This document shows, piece after piece, positions 1-8,918 of a DNA stretch of 64,000 nucleotides. Every line of letters starts with the position of its first letter. The first letter of the stretch is position 1. The notes under the pieces were generated by a model, which worked only from the letters and a program-made list of their open reading frames with translations, ran no database searches and was not told where the DNA came from. This DNA comes from Candidatus Micrarchaeota archaeon (lineage in GTDB: Archaea; Micrarchaeota; Micrarchaeia; Norongarragalinales; Norongarragalinaceae): positions 128,001 through 192,000 of the forward strand of contig JACQQD010000005.1 in NCBI GenBank assembly GCA_016207165.1. The letters run 5' to 3'. A program made the position numbers and the translations under genes.

Positions 1-386
1 GGGTTTTTCACAGCCAACGCCACGCCCCGTTTTTCCAGGCGGCGCGTGAGTTGGCGCACGATTTCCGGGGACTGAAATTCAAACGACTTGTCGGAGCGGT
101 TTACTTCCACTTTGACGGGGCCGCCCGCGCTTTCGGCCAGGCGCGCCACGGCGTCTTCCATGCCGGACAAACTCCGCTTTGCGTCGAGGCACTCGGCAAA
201 CCATGACACGCCAAAGACTTTCTCGATTTTCGGTAACGCGGACGCGTCGGCATCCAGAAAGAACCGGTGTTCGACGAGTTTGGCTTTGACGTCCGTGGCG
301 TTCTCCAGGTTGCGCTGCAGCTGCCGCTGGAACACGGGCCTGTTTCGGCCCTTGGTGAACAGTTCTCCGTAGTGGACGACGATCAT
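1..386 (-). CDS. thiI: tRNA 4-thiouridine synthase ThiI, N-terminal part (runs off the window)
   Basis: Manual translation MIVVHYGELFTKGRNRPVFQRQLQRN...VFGVSW...VNRSDKSF matches the ThiI NFLD/THUMP N-terminus; GGTGA RBS upstream. Confidence 0.85.
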   Translation of the reverse strand, partial: MIVVHYGELFTKGRNRPVFQRQLQRNLENATDVKAKLVEHRFFLDADASALPKIEKVFGVSWFAECLDAKRSLSGMEDAVARLAESAGGPVKVEVNRSDKSFEFQSPEIVRQLTRRLEKRGVALAVKN

Positions 387-478
387 TTCTTCTCACCGGG
401 TGTGAGGCGGACTAAGCGCCAGGGGGCGGAGCCCCCGGGGCTTAGGTGCAACAGTTCTCCGTAGTGGACAACGATCAT
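358..478. repeat. Hairpin element copy 1, flanked by a 29-bp direct repeat of the thiI start (358-386 and 450-478, 1 mismatch)
   Basis: aacagttctccgtagtggac(g/a)acgatcat occurs twice; core gaggcggactaagcgccagggggcggagcccccggggcttaggtgc is related to 10164-10217. Confidence 0.9.
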
Positions 479-535
479 GAGGCCCCTTGTGGTCTGGAAA
501 GGGTTTATAGGCTTTCATCGGCACCCAAAAATCCT

Positions 536-1543
536 ATGGCCATCGTGTTGGGGTTGACGGGAGAGAATTGTGCGGGTAAGGGGACCGTCGCCGAATACTT
601 GGAACGAAAAGGATTCCACTATTACTCCTTGTCCGACGTCATCCGCGAGGAACTCGCGGCGGAAGGCGCGGAGATCACGCGCGAGGCCCTCATTGAAAAA
701 GGCAATCTGTTGCGGGAGACGCAGGGTTCCGACGTTCTGGCCCGCAAAACCATGGACAAGCTCTCCCACGAGAGGAACTTTGTCGTTGACTCGTTTCGCA
801 ACCCCCACGAAGTCAAGGCGTTCAAGAACAAAAACAAGAACTTTTTCTTGTTGTACGTCACCGCTTTGCCGGAAGTACGCTTTGAGCGCATGAAGGCCCG
901 CGGCCGCGAGTCGGACCCCAAGACGTTTGACGCGTTTGAGCGCATCGAAAAAAAAGAGCGGGAAAGCGCGTCGGAACAGCACCAAAGCATTTCCGCTTGC
1001 ATCGGGCTTGCCGACCGCACCATTGAAAACAACGCCGACTTTTCGGCGTTGTACGACGCCGTGGACCGAACGCTCGCCGATCTTTCCAAGGAGTTTTCGG
1101 TGGACCGGCCATCTTGGGACGAGTACTTCATGGGCATCGCAAAGATGGCGTCCACGAGGTCCAACTGCATCAAGCGCAAGGTGGCCGCGGTCATCGTCAA
1201 GGACAAGCGCATCATTTCCACGGGCTACAACGGCACCCCCCGGGGAACGAGGAATTGCAACGAAGGGGGTTGTCCGCGCTGCAACAACTTCTCGCCGTCC
1301 GGCGCTTCCCTGGAGGAATGCTTGTGCTCGCACGCGGAGGAGAACGCCATCGTCCAAAGCTCGTACCACGGCGTGTCCATTGCCGGGTCCACGATTTACT
1401 CGACGTTTTCGCCTTGCCTATTGTGCGCGAAAATGATCGTCAATGCGGGAATTCGGGAAGTCGTGTACGTAGCCGAATACAGCGTGTCGGATACCGCGAA
1501 AAAAATGTTGCAGGAAGCCGGCGTGCAGCTGAGGAAAGTCTAG
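536..1543 (+). CDS. P-loop nucleotide kinase-like domain fused to dCMP deaminase
   Basis: N-terminal GLTGENCAGKGT P-loop; C-terminal RPSWDEYFM, STGYNG, HAEENA and PCLLC zinc motifs. Confidence 0.85.
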   Translation: MAIVLGLTGENCAGKGTVAEYLERKGFHYYSLSDVIREELAAEGAEITREALIEKGNLLRETQGSDVLARKTMDKLSHERNFVVDSFRNPHEVKAFKNKNKNFFLLYVTALPEVRFERMKARGRESDPKTFDAFERIEKKERESASEQHQSISACIGLADRTIENNADFSALYDAVDRTLADLSKEFSVDRPSWDEYFMGIAKMASTRSNCIKRKVAAVIVKDKRIISTGYNGTPRGTRNCNEGGCPRCNNFSPSGASLEECLCSHAEENAIVQSSYHGVSIAGSTIYSTFSPCLLCAKMIVNAGIREVVYVAEYSVSDTAKKMLQEAGVQLRKV

Positions 1544-1570
1544 TTTCTACTCGTCCGGTGGCCTTTAATT

Positions 1571-2557
1571 CTACCGCGTCAGCACGATTTTTCCGAACCC
1601 CTTTCCTTCCGACAATTGCTGGAAGGCTTTTTTCGCTTCGGAGAGCGGGTACGTCGACTCGATGACCGGTTCAATGGCGCCTTCTTCCGCCCAGCGGATG
1701 ACTTGCTTGAATTCCTCGAGGGTTCCTTGTTTGGAGCCGATGAACCGGATTTGGTTGGAGTACAGCCAGCGAAGGGGCACCACGACGTCCGGCCCGGAGA
1801 CCGCTCCGCATGTCACGATGGCGCCGCCCTTCCGCACGGACGGCATGGACGCGTTCCACGTCGCGGGGCCCACCAATTCCACCACGACGTCCACGCCTCG
1901 TCCTTGAGTTAATTCCCGCACGCGTTCGGATACGTCTTCGGTTTTGTAGTCAATCACGGGCACGCCAAAGCGTTTCTCCGCGTGGCCTTTTTTTTCCGTG
2001 GACGCGGTGGTGATCACTTTGCATTCCAGGTGCTTTGCGATTTGGATGGCGTAGGAGCCCACGGAACTGGCGGCGCCCCAAACCAACACACTTTGTCCGG
2101 CTTTCAACTCGGCGCGCTTGAGCATGTGGTACGCGGTGACGGCGGCCACGGACAAGCTCCCCGCTTTTTGGGGGTCCAGCGTGGTGGGAACCGCGTTTGG
2201 CTTCGGCACGCTGACGTATTCGGCGTGCGTGCCGTCGCGTTGCGCGCCCAGCGTGGTCGTCACGTCGCAGGAGCTGGTCAATCCCCGAAGGCACGCGTCG
2301 CATTTTCCGCAGAACGTGGACGAGAACAAAGCGACGCGCGCGCCGGTTTCCTCCAGGATTCCGGCGCCGTCGGACCCCAGCACGCGCGGGTATTGGGTTT
2401 TGTAGGAGGGGTGTCCGCGGGCAATCCACAAGTCCAAGTGGTTCAGGGCCGAGGCGTCCAGTTTGACGAGGACTTCCCCGTTTTGGGGCTTCGGTTCGGG
2501 CAAATCCATGTAGCCGCAGTTTTCCAATCCTGGGGCTTTGGCGGCAAACGCTTTCAT
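1571..2557 (-). CDS. Zinc-binding MDR-family alcohol dehydrogenase / quinone oxidoreductase
   Basis: ALNHLD, LGSDGAG, CGKCDAC...C, GAASSVG, GKIVL motifs; probable start MKAFAAK. Confidence 0.85.
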   Translation of the reverse strand: MKAFAAKAPGLENCGYMDLPEPKPQNGEVLVKLDASALNHLDLWIARGHPSYKTQYPRVLGSDGAGILEETGARVALFSSTFCGKCDACLRGLTSSCDVTTTLGAQRDGTHAEYVSVPKPNAVPTTLDPQKAGSLSVAAVTAYHMLKRAELKAGQSVLVWGAASSVGSYAIQIAKHLECKVITTASTEKKGHAEKRFGVPVIDYKTEDVSERVRELTQGRGVDVVVELVGPATWNASMPSVRKGGAIVTCGAVSGPDVVVPLRWLYSNQIRFIGSKQGTLEEFKQVIRWAEEGAIEPVIESTYPLSEAKKAFQQLSEGKGFGKIVLTR

Positions 2558-2710
2558 GAACGCAACGTGCCCCGCAGGGTTTTTCTTTGTTGCGCGGTTT
2601 TTCGCCCCAATGCTTTTATCCATTAAGCGCGCAATGTAATTGGTTGCGTTTTCTTTCGGTTTTGTGACTAACCGGCAAATGGTTGTTTCCGTTTTTTTTC
2701 CCACGCGGCG

Positions 2711-3496
2711 TCAGGGGGTTTTGGTTGGGGCCGTAAACTTCTTTTTCTTGCCCGTCAGCTTGACGGCCAGCTGGTAAGCGGATTCGGCAAGGTTTTCCGC
2801 GAGTTCGTGGACCTGGTTTTCCGCGATGCGTTCGTCGTCCAATTCGGTTTGTTCGTCGGAGGGCCCCGTGTAGTAACACATGCAGTGCTTGGGGATGGTC
2901 CAACCCATGTTGGACATGGTAATGGCCATCAGGCCGGCGGTGTTTTGCGCCCCGTCCTCGTGGCCGATGACGACGAATCCGGCGACTTTGTCCTGGATGA
3001 GGTTCACGCCGAACACGCTTTGCATGTTCTCGATGCAGTTCATCCGCTCGATGATTTTCTTGAACAACGCGGAATACATGCCCCACCGGACCGGCGTGGC
3101 CCAAATGACGACGTCGTTCTCCAACAGCGCCCGGTACACGTTTTTCATGGCGTCGTCCTGGCGGGCAATGGAGGTTTTGCAGGGAAAAATGCATTCGGTT
3201 TGTCCCCGCGAATAATACCCAGCACACTCGTAGATGTTCAGTGTTTTGGCGTCAATCAGACTCGTCTCGGCACCCAAGGCGCCCAGCTTATCCATGACTT
3301 CGGAAAGAATTTTCTTGGAGTGCGAGGACTTGCCGCCGTACTCGGGCCGAGACGACGTGGAGATGCCGACGGCTTTGACGTGGTCGGCGGGCGTAAAGTT
3401 GAAGATGGCGTCCATGAGCGAAGGCGACATGATTTTGGAGTTGACGCCCTTGGCTTCCAATGCGTCCAACGTCTGCTGGTGCAAGGGAATCGGCAT
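2711..3496 (-). CDS. Flavodoxin-like NADPH-dependent FMN reductase / iron-sulfur-flavoprotein-like protein
   Basis: STSSR, IYECAG...CIFPC, DDAM, ATPVRWG motifs. Confidence 0.75.
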   Translation of the reverse strand: MPIPLHQQTLDALEAKGVNSKIMSPSLMDAIFNFTPADHVKAVGISTSSRPEYGGKSSHSKKILSEVMDKLGALGAETSLIDAKTLNIYECAGYYSRGQTECIFPCKTSIARQDDAMKNVYRALLENDVVIWATPVRWGMYSALFKKIIERMNCIENMQSVFGVNLIQDKVAGFVVIGHEDGAQNTAGLMAITMSNMGWTIPKHCMCYYTGPSDEQTELDDERIAENQVHELAENLAESAYQLAVKLTGKKKKFTAPTKTP

Positions 3497-3976
3497 TTAT
3501 TTTTTCCCTCCGGCTTTGGGTGCCAACAGGGCCCCGGCGTCGCCGGGTTTTCCCCGAGTCAAAAAGACGTGCACGTCCCGCAACATGGCTTTGAAGGCCT
3601 GTCGTGTGGAGTCGTGGCCTGAAAACACGCGTTGGAGTTCCTTGAGTGTTTTTGCCGTCAAGGCGTCTTTGAGGTCCGACACTTTCAGGGGTTGTTCCAA
3701 GACAAATCCGGATTTCGCCATGTCCCACGCCACGCCTTGGGCTTCTTCCTTGACGGCGTCGGATTGCAGGAAGCTGGAGTTGACCACGCGGTACAAAAGC
3801 ATTCCGTGTTCGTGGGGCTTGCGGTAGGGGTGTTCCTTGATTTGAAGCGAAATGGAGACTCCCGGTTTTTTTTGGAGCCGGTACTCGATCATGCTGCCCA
3901 TGAACTGGGAGGAAAAACCAATGCCAGCCAAGTGGTCGTGGACGCGTTGGATGTCTTGTAGGACGCTGGCCGGCAT
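3497..3976 (-). CDS. Hypothetical protein
   Basis: 159-aa ATG-started ORF abutting the downstream gene. Confidence 0.55.
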   Translation of the reverse strand: MPASVLQDIQRVHDHLAGIGFSSQFMGSMIEYRLQKKPGVSISLQIKEHPYRKPHEHGMLLYRVVNSSFLQSDAVKEEAQGVAWDMAKSGFVLEQPLKVSDLKDALTAKTLKELQRVFSGHDSTRQAFKAMLRDVHVFLTRGKPGDAGALLAPKAGGKK

Positions 3977-4068
3977 ACGCGTTTTTCAACGGTTCCCGAC
4001 GTTTTATAGGTTTGGCCCCGTGGAAAACGCAAGGGGTATTAAACGAGTTTTTTCAGCAGTTCTGGTGC

Positions 4069-5241
4069 ATGACGGTTTACGACGTCCTGATCATTGGCGC
4101 GGGGCCAGCCGGCGGCTCCACGGCGTTCCACGCCGCCAAAAACGGGCTTAAGACGCTGGTGCTGGAAGAGCATAAGGCCATCGGCGAACCGGTGCACTGC
4201 GGCGAGTGCCTCAGCGAACTGGCGATCCGCCGCATGGGGTGGAGCTTGCCGGATGAGGTAGTCGCCTTGGACGTGCAAGGCGTGCGCGTCCTGTTTCCAG
4301 GCGACACGCAAACCAAGTTGTCGGAACCCGGCTACGTCTTGGACAAGCACCTCTTTGAGCAGTGGATCATGGCCCAGGCGCAATCCCATGGCGCCCAGCT
4401 GCAGTTGTCCAAGAAAGTCGTCTCCCTTTCCAAAGCCAGCGGCGTGTGGACGGTGGCGTGCGCGGACAACACGTCTTACCAAGCCCACGTTTTGGTGGAT
4501 GCTTCCGGCGTGGCGGCAATCGTGTCGCGGCTGTTGGGCCTCAATGAACGCTTCCAAAGCGTGATTGGCATGCAATACGAAATGCTGGACATTCCCACGG
4601 ACGGGTACCTGGATTTCTACATTTGGCCGGACTTGGCGCCGCACGGCTATTTGTGGATGATTCCCAAGAACGACGGCCGCGCCAACGTGGGGCTGGTGAC
4701 CAACCAGAACACGAAAGCCAAACCCTTTCTAGACGAATTCGTCCGCAAGATGGGCTGGCAGGACAAGAAAGTCGTCAAGACTTTTGGCGGACTCATTCCC
4801 TCTTCGGGTCCCTTGAAAAACACGGTGGCTGACGGCTTGATGTTGGTGGGGGATGCCGCCGGCTTTACGTCGCCACTTTTTGAAGGGGGCACGCACTTGG
4901 GCCTCATGTCGGGCCGCTTTGCCGCGCAAGTGGCCCAAGAGGCGCTGGAGAAAAACGACGTGTCCCTGGCGGCCTTGAAAAAATACGACGCCTTGTGGCA
5001 GGCCGAGTTTCCCGATTACAACAAGCTCATTCAAGGCAAGATGGCCCTCTACGATTTTTCCGACGAGGAATTGAGTGCGTTGGGTGGCTTGATGCCGCCT
5101 GAATTGGCCCACTTGGGTTTTTCGCCGAAAGCCAAGTTCGCCGTCGACGTGTTGACGAGGAAACCCGGTTTACTGAAAAAGAACCTGTTCTCAGCGCTCA
5201 AGGCGTTTGGGTACTCGAGGGCAGAATACTACGGATGGTAG
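4069..5241 (+). CDS. Geranylgeranyl reductase family FAD-dependent oxidoreductase
   Basis: DVLIIGAGPAG, PVHCGE, GYLWMIPK, VGDAAG...GG motifs. Confidence 0.88.
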   Translation: MTVYDVLIIGAGPAGGSTAFHAAKNGLKTLVLEEHKAIGEPVHCGECLSELAIRRMGWSLPDEVVALDVQGVRVLFPGDTQTKLSEPGYVLDKHLFEQWIMAQAQSHGAQLQLSKKVVSLSKASGVWTVACADNTSYQAHVLVDASGVAAIVSRLLGLNERFQSVIGMQYEMLDIPTDGYLDFYIWPDLAPHGYLWMIPKNDGRANVGLVTNQNTKAKPFLDEFVRKMGWQDKKVVKTFGGLIPSSGPLKNTVADGLMLVGDAAGFTSPLFEGGTHLGLMSGRFAAQVAQEALEKNDVSLAALKKYDALWQAEFPDYNKLIQGKMALYDFSDEELSALGGLMPPELAHLGFSPKAKFAVDVLTRKPGLLKKNLFSALKAFGYSRAEYYGW

Positions 5242-5244
5242 CCG

Positions 5245-5613
5245 ATGGAAGCCCTGCTCCGCGATTTGAAGCCACTTTTCGAGGAAACCATTGCCCCGGA
5301 ACGGCTTTCCAAGGGAACGCGAATCGCCATCAACTCGGACCACAACCGTTTTTTCCGGACGTCGGAACTGGACGGTTTTGCTACCTCCACGCCGGAGACC
5401 AAATCCGGGGTCACCCTTTGCGGCAAGCTGCGGAGAGGATTTTCCGCCGACGACGTCAAGGTGGTTTTTCAACGCCATCAGGCGGCCCTGGTTTCGGGTC
5501 CCCATGAAACGTCGGCGTATCACCACGACGGCTACGTCGGCATTCAAGTGACCGGCCCCCGCCGGCACGACCGGTTGTATCAACGTCTCCACGAATCGTG
5601 GTACTCCCGTTGA
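5245..5613 (+). CDS. Hypothetical protein
   Basis: 122-aa ORF starting 3 bp after the GGR stop. Confidence 0.5.
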   Translation: MEALLRDLKPLFEETIAPERLSKGTRIAINSDHNRFFRTSELDGFATSTPETKSGVTLCGKLRRGFSADDVKVVFQRHQAALVSGPHETSAYHHDGYVGIQVTGPRRHDRLYQRLHESWYSR

Positions 5614-5722
5614 TTTTTGGGCGCCACGCATCCCTCGTGGGCACTTCGTCGTCCGTCGGCTGGGTCTTGGTTTTTATTCCTTTTCGTGGTCAAGCACTCT
5701 CTGGAGTTGGATGTTCGTGGGC

Positions 5723-7657
5723 ATGAACTTGACGCACAAAATCATTTCCGAGCACCTCGTCGACGGCCAAATGGTGGTGGGCGAGGAAATCGGCATCAAA
5801 GTGGACCAGACCCTCACCCAGGATGCCACGGGCACCATGTCGTTTTTGCAGTTTGAAGCTCTGGGCCTGCCCCGCGTCCAAACCGAAGTGGCCGTTTCCT
5901 ACGTCGACCACAACATGCTTCAGACGAGTTTCGAGAACGCCGACGACCACCGGTACTTGCAAAGCGTGGCCCAAAAGTACGGCGTGTACTTTTCACGCCC
6001 CGGAAACGGCATCTGCCACCAAGTGCACTTGGAGCGCTTTTCCGTTCCTGGCAAATTCATGCTGGGTTCCGACTCGCATACCCCCACGTGCGGCGGCATG
6101 GGGATGCTTGCCATTGGGGCCGGCGGCTTGGATGTCGCTGTAGCCATGGGCGGCGGACCGTTTTACACCAAAATGCCGAAAGTCCTGGGCATCCAGTTGA
6201 AAGGCAAGCTCCAACGCCACGTGGCCGCCAAAGACATCATCCTGGAGGTACTCCGACGGCTGACTGTCAAGGGAGGCGTGGGGAAAGTCATCGAGTACTA
6301 CGGCGAAGGCGTCAAGTCGCTGGACGTGTACCAGCGCTCCACCATCACCAACATGGGCGCGGAACTGGGTTCCACCACTTCGATTTTTCCGACGGACGAA
6401 AAAACGCGGGAGTTCCTCAAGCGCCAAGGTCGTGAAGACGCCTACCAGGAAGTTGGCCCCGACGCCGATGCGACGTACGATGAGCATCTTGAAATCGACT
6501 TGAACACCTTGGAGCCCCTTATCGCCAAGCCGCAAAGCCCGGACAACGTTGTTCCGGTTCGGGAAGTAGAAGGCTTGGCCGTCCAGCAGGTGCTCGTCGG
6601 CTCCTGCACGAATTCCTCTTTGAAGGACCTCATGACTGTAGCGACGTATTTGAAGGGCAAGAAAGTGCATTCCGACGTCTCCATGGCCCTCTCACCGGGC
6701 TCCAAACAGGTCTTCCAGGAAATCGCGCGCAACGGCGCTTTGGCGGATTTCATCAACGCCGGCGTCCGCGTTCTGGAAAGCGCGTGCGGTCCCTGCATCG
6801 GCATGGGACAAGCTCCTGGAAGTGACATGGTTTCCCTGCGAACATTCAACCGCAACTTCGCCGGACGCTCCGGCACCAAGAACGACAAAGTGTACTTGTG
6901 TTCGCCGGAGGTCGCCGTCGCGTCAGCCATCACCGGCAAAGTCACGGACCCCCGAAGCCTTCCGGACCTCGCCATCCACGTGCCCACCGAGATTGTGATT
7001 GACGACTCCATGATTCTGGCGCCGTCGGACGACCCCGACTCCGTGGAAGTCTTGCGCGGCCCCAACATCAAGCCCGTGCCCCTCAAGGAGCCCGTAACCA
7101 ATGCGTTGGATGGCGTGGTGCTCATCAAGACGGGCGACAACGTCACCACGGACCACATCATGCCTGCCGGCGCCAAAATCCTTCCCTTGCGCTCCAACGT
7201 GCCCGCGATTTCCGAATTCGTGTTCTGCAACGTGGACGCCGATTTCGTCAAACGCGCCAAGGAAAACCACGGCGGTTTCATCGTCGGCGGCGAAAACTAC
7301 GGACAGGGGTCCTCCCGCGAGCACGCGGCCCTGGCGCCGATGTACTTGGGTGTCAAGGCCGTGTTCGCCAAGAACTTCGCCCGCATCCACAAGGACAATT
7401 TGGTGAACTTCGGCATCGTTCCCCTTGAAATTGACGGGAGCACGTACGACGACCTCCAGCAAGGGCACGTGTTGTCCATGGAGGGCGTGCGCGAGGCCCT
7501 AGAGTTGGGGTCCACCAGCGTGGAATTGGCCAACTCGTCAAGCAAGAAGAAATACGCCGCGAAACTCAACTTGACGCCGCGCCAGCGCCACATCATCCTG
7601 GCGGGCGGCACACTGAACTGGACGCGGGCAAACGCGCCCCAAGCCAGCCTGGCGTGA
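5723..7657 (+). CDS. acn: Aconitate hydratase (short ~645-aa type)
   Basis: QDATG, GICHQ, GSDSHT, GSCTN, CGPCIG, TTDHI, GSSREHA motifs. Confidence 0.93.
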   Translation: MNLTHKIISEHLVDGQMVVGEEIGIKVDQTLTQDATGTMSFLQFEALGLPRVQTEVAVSYVDHNMLQTSFENADDHRYLQSVAQKYGVYFSRPGNGICHQVHLERFSVPGKFMLGSDSHTPTCGGMGMLAIGAGGLDVAVAMGGGPFYTKMPKVLGIQLKGKLQRHVAAKDIILEVLRRLTVKGGVGKVIEYYGEGVKSLDVYQRSTITNMGAELGSTTSIFPTDEKTREFLKRQGREDAYQEVGPDADATYDEHLEIDLNTLEPLIAKPQSPDNVVPVREVEGLAVQQVLVGSCTNSSLKDLMTVATYLKGKKVHSDVSMALSPGSKQVFQEIARNGALADFINAGVRVLESACGPCIGMGQAPGSDMVSLRTFNRNFAGRSGTKNDKVYLCSPEVAVASAITGKVTDPRSLPDLAIHVPTEIVIDDSMILAPSDDPDSVEVLRGPNIKPVPLKEPVTNALDGVVLIKTGDNVTTDHIMPAGAKILPLRSNVPAISEFVFCNVDADFVKRAKENHGGFIVGGENYGQGSSREHAALAPMYLGVKAVFAKNFARIHKDNLVNFGIVPLEIDGSTYDDLQQGHVLSMEGVREALELGSTSVELANSSSKKKYAAKLNLTPRQRHIILAGGTLNWTRANAPQASLA

Positions 7658-7711
7658 CGGGCGGTTCACGGTTAAAGCAAAGCAACGGTTAGGGAGTGTG
7701 GGATTGAACGC

Positions 7712-8914
7712 ATGGCTGAAAAAATAACGGTGAACAACGGCATTCTGAACGTTCCGGACCACCCCATCATTCCCCTCATTGAGGGCGACGGCGTGGGCGT
7801 GGACATTACGCCGGTCATGACGACCGTCGTTGACGCGGCCGTGGCCAAGGCTTCCGGCGGCAAGAAGAAAATTGAATGGAAGCCGATTCTGGCCGGCGAG
7901 AAAGCCATTGCCAAGACCAATGAACTGTTGCCCCAGGAAAGCATTGACGCCATCCAGGAGTACGTCGTCTCCATCAAGGGTCCCCTGACCACGCCGGTTG
8001 GCGGCGGGTTCCGGAGCCTGAACGTAACGCTTCGCCAGGTGCTGGACTTGTACGCGTGCGTGCGGCCCGTCAAGTGGTATCCCGGCATTCCCAACCCCAT
8101 GAAGCAACCGGAGAAGTTGAACGTCAAAATCTTCCGCGAGAACACGGAAGACGTGTACGCTGGCATCGAGTGGGATGCCGGCAGTGCCGAAGCCAACAAG
8201 CTCATTGAATTTGTCGCCTCCATGGGAAAGAAAATCCGGCCCAACTCGGCGGTGGGCATCAAACCCATCTCGGAATTCGGCTCCAAGCGCATCGTTCGCG
8301 CGGCCATTCACAACGCCATGAAGTACGGCTTGAGCAAGGTCACTTTGGTGCACAAGGGCAACATCATGAAGTTCACCGAAGGCGGATTCCGGAAGTGGGG
8401 CTACGAGGCCGCCAAGGAGTTTTCCAACACGGTTACGGAAGAGGAAGTCGCCAAAGGCGCGTCCGCGGAAGGAAAAATCATCGTCAACGACCGCATTGCT
8501 GACTCCATGTTCCAACAACTTTTGCTCCGCCCCGATGAATACCAGGTGTTGGCGACCATGAACCTCAACGGCGACTACTTGTCGGACGCCGCCGCGGCGC
8601 AAACCGGGGGCCTGGGCATCGCGCCGGGCGCCAACATCAACTACCAGACCGGCGTCGCGTTGTTTGAAGCCACGCACGGAACCGCTCCGAAGTACGCGGG
8701 CCAGGACAAAGTCAACCCCGGTTCGCTGTTGTTGTCCGCCGTCATGATGCTGCGCTACATGGACTGGAAAACAGCCGCCGACTTGGTGGAAAACGCGTTC
8801 CAGAAAACCATCGACCAGAAAATCGTTACCTACGATCTTTCCCGGCAGATGGAAGGCGCCCAAGAAGTTCGGTGCTCGGAATTCGGGGACGCCATCATCC
8901 GGAACATGGATTGA
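7712..8914 (+). CDS. icd: Isocitrate dehydrogenase (NADP-type)
   Basis: [41 protein letters not shown]. Confidence 0.95.
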   Translation: MAEKITVNNGILNVPDHPIIPLIEGDGVGVDITPVMTTVVDAAVAKASGGKKKIEWKPILAGEKAIAKTNELLPQESIDAIQEYVVSIKGPLTTPVGGGFRSLNVTLRQVLDLYACVRPVKWYPGIPNPMKQPEKLNVKIFRENTEDVYAGIEWDAGSAEANKLIEFVASMGKKIRPNSAVGIKPISEFGSKRIVRAAIHNAMKYGLSKVTLVHKGNIMKFTEGGFRKWGYEAAKEFSNTVTEEEVAKGASAEGKIIVNDRIADSMFQQLLLRPDEYQVLATMNLNGDYLSDAAAAQTGGLGIAPGANINYQTGVALFEATHGTAPKYAGQDKVNPGSLLLSAVMMLRYMDWKTAADLVENAFQKTIDQKIVTYDLSRQMEGAQEVRCSEFGDAIIRNMD

Positions 8915-8918
8915 TCGT

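Noticed and set aside
358-478. Direct repeats of 29-40 bp with a spacer (also 10095-10257) as mini-CRISPR arrays
   Set aside because: The repeats are copies of the local coding sequence and differ between loci, while the spacer is the conserved part. No cas genes are present.
446-535. ORF-track N-terminal extension of the kinase-deaminase
   Set aside because: It runs through the repeat and promoter region. The P-loop fold starts at ATG 536.
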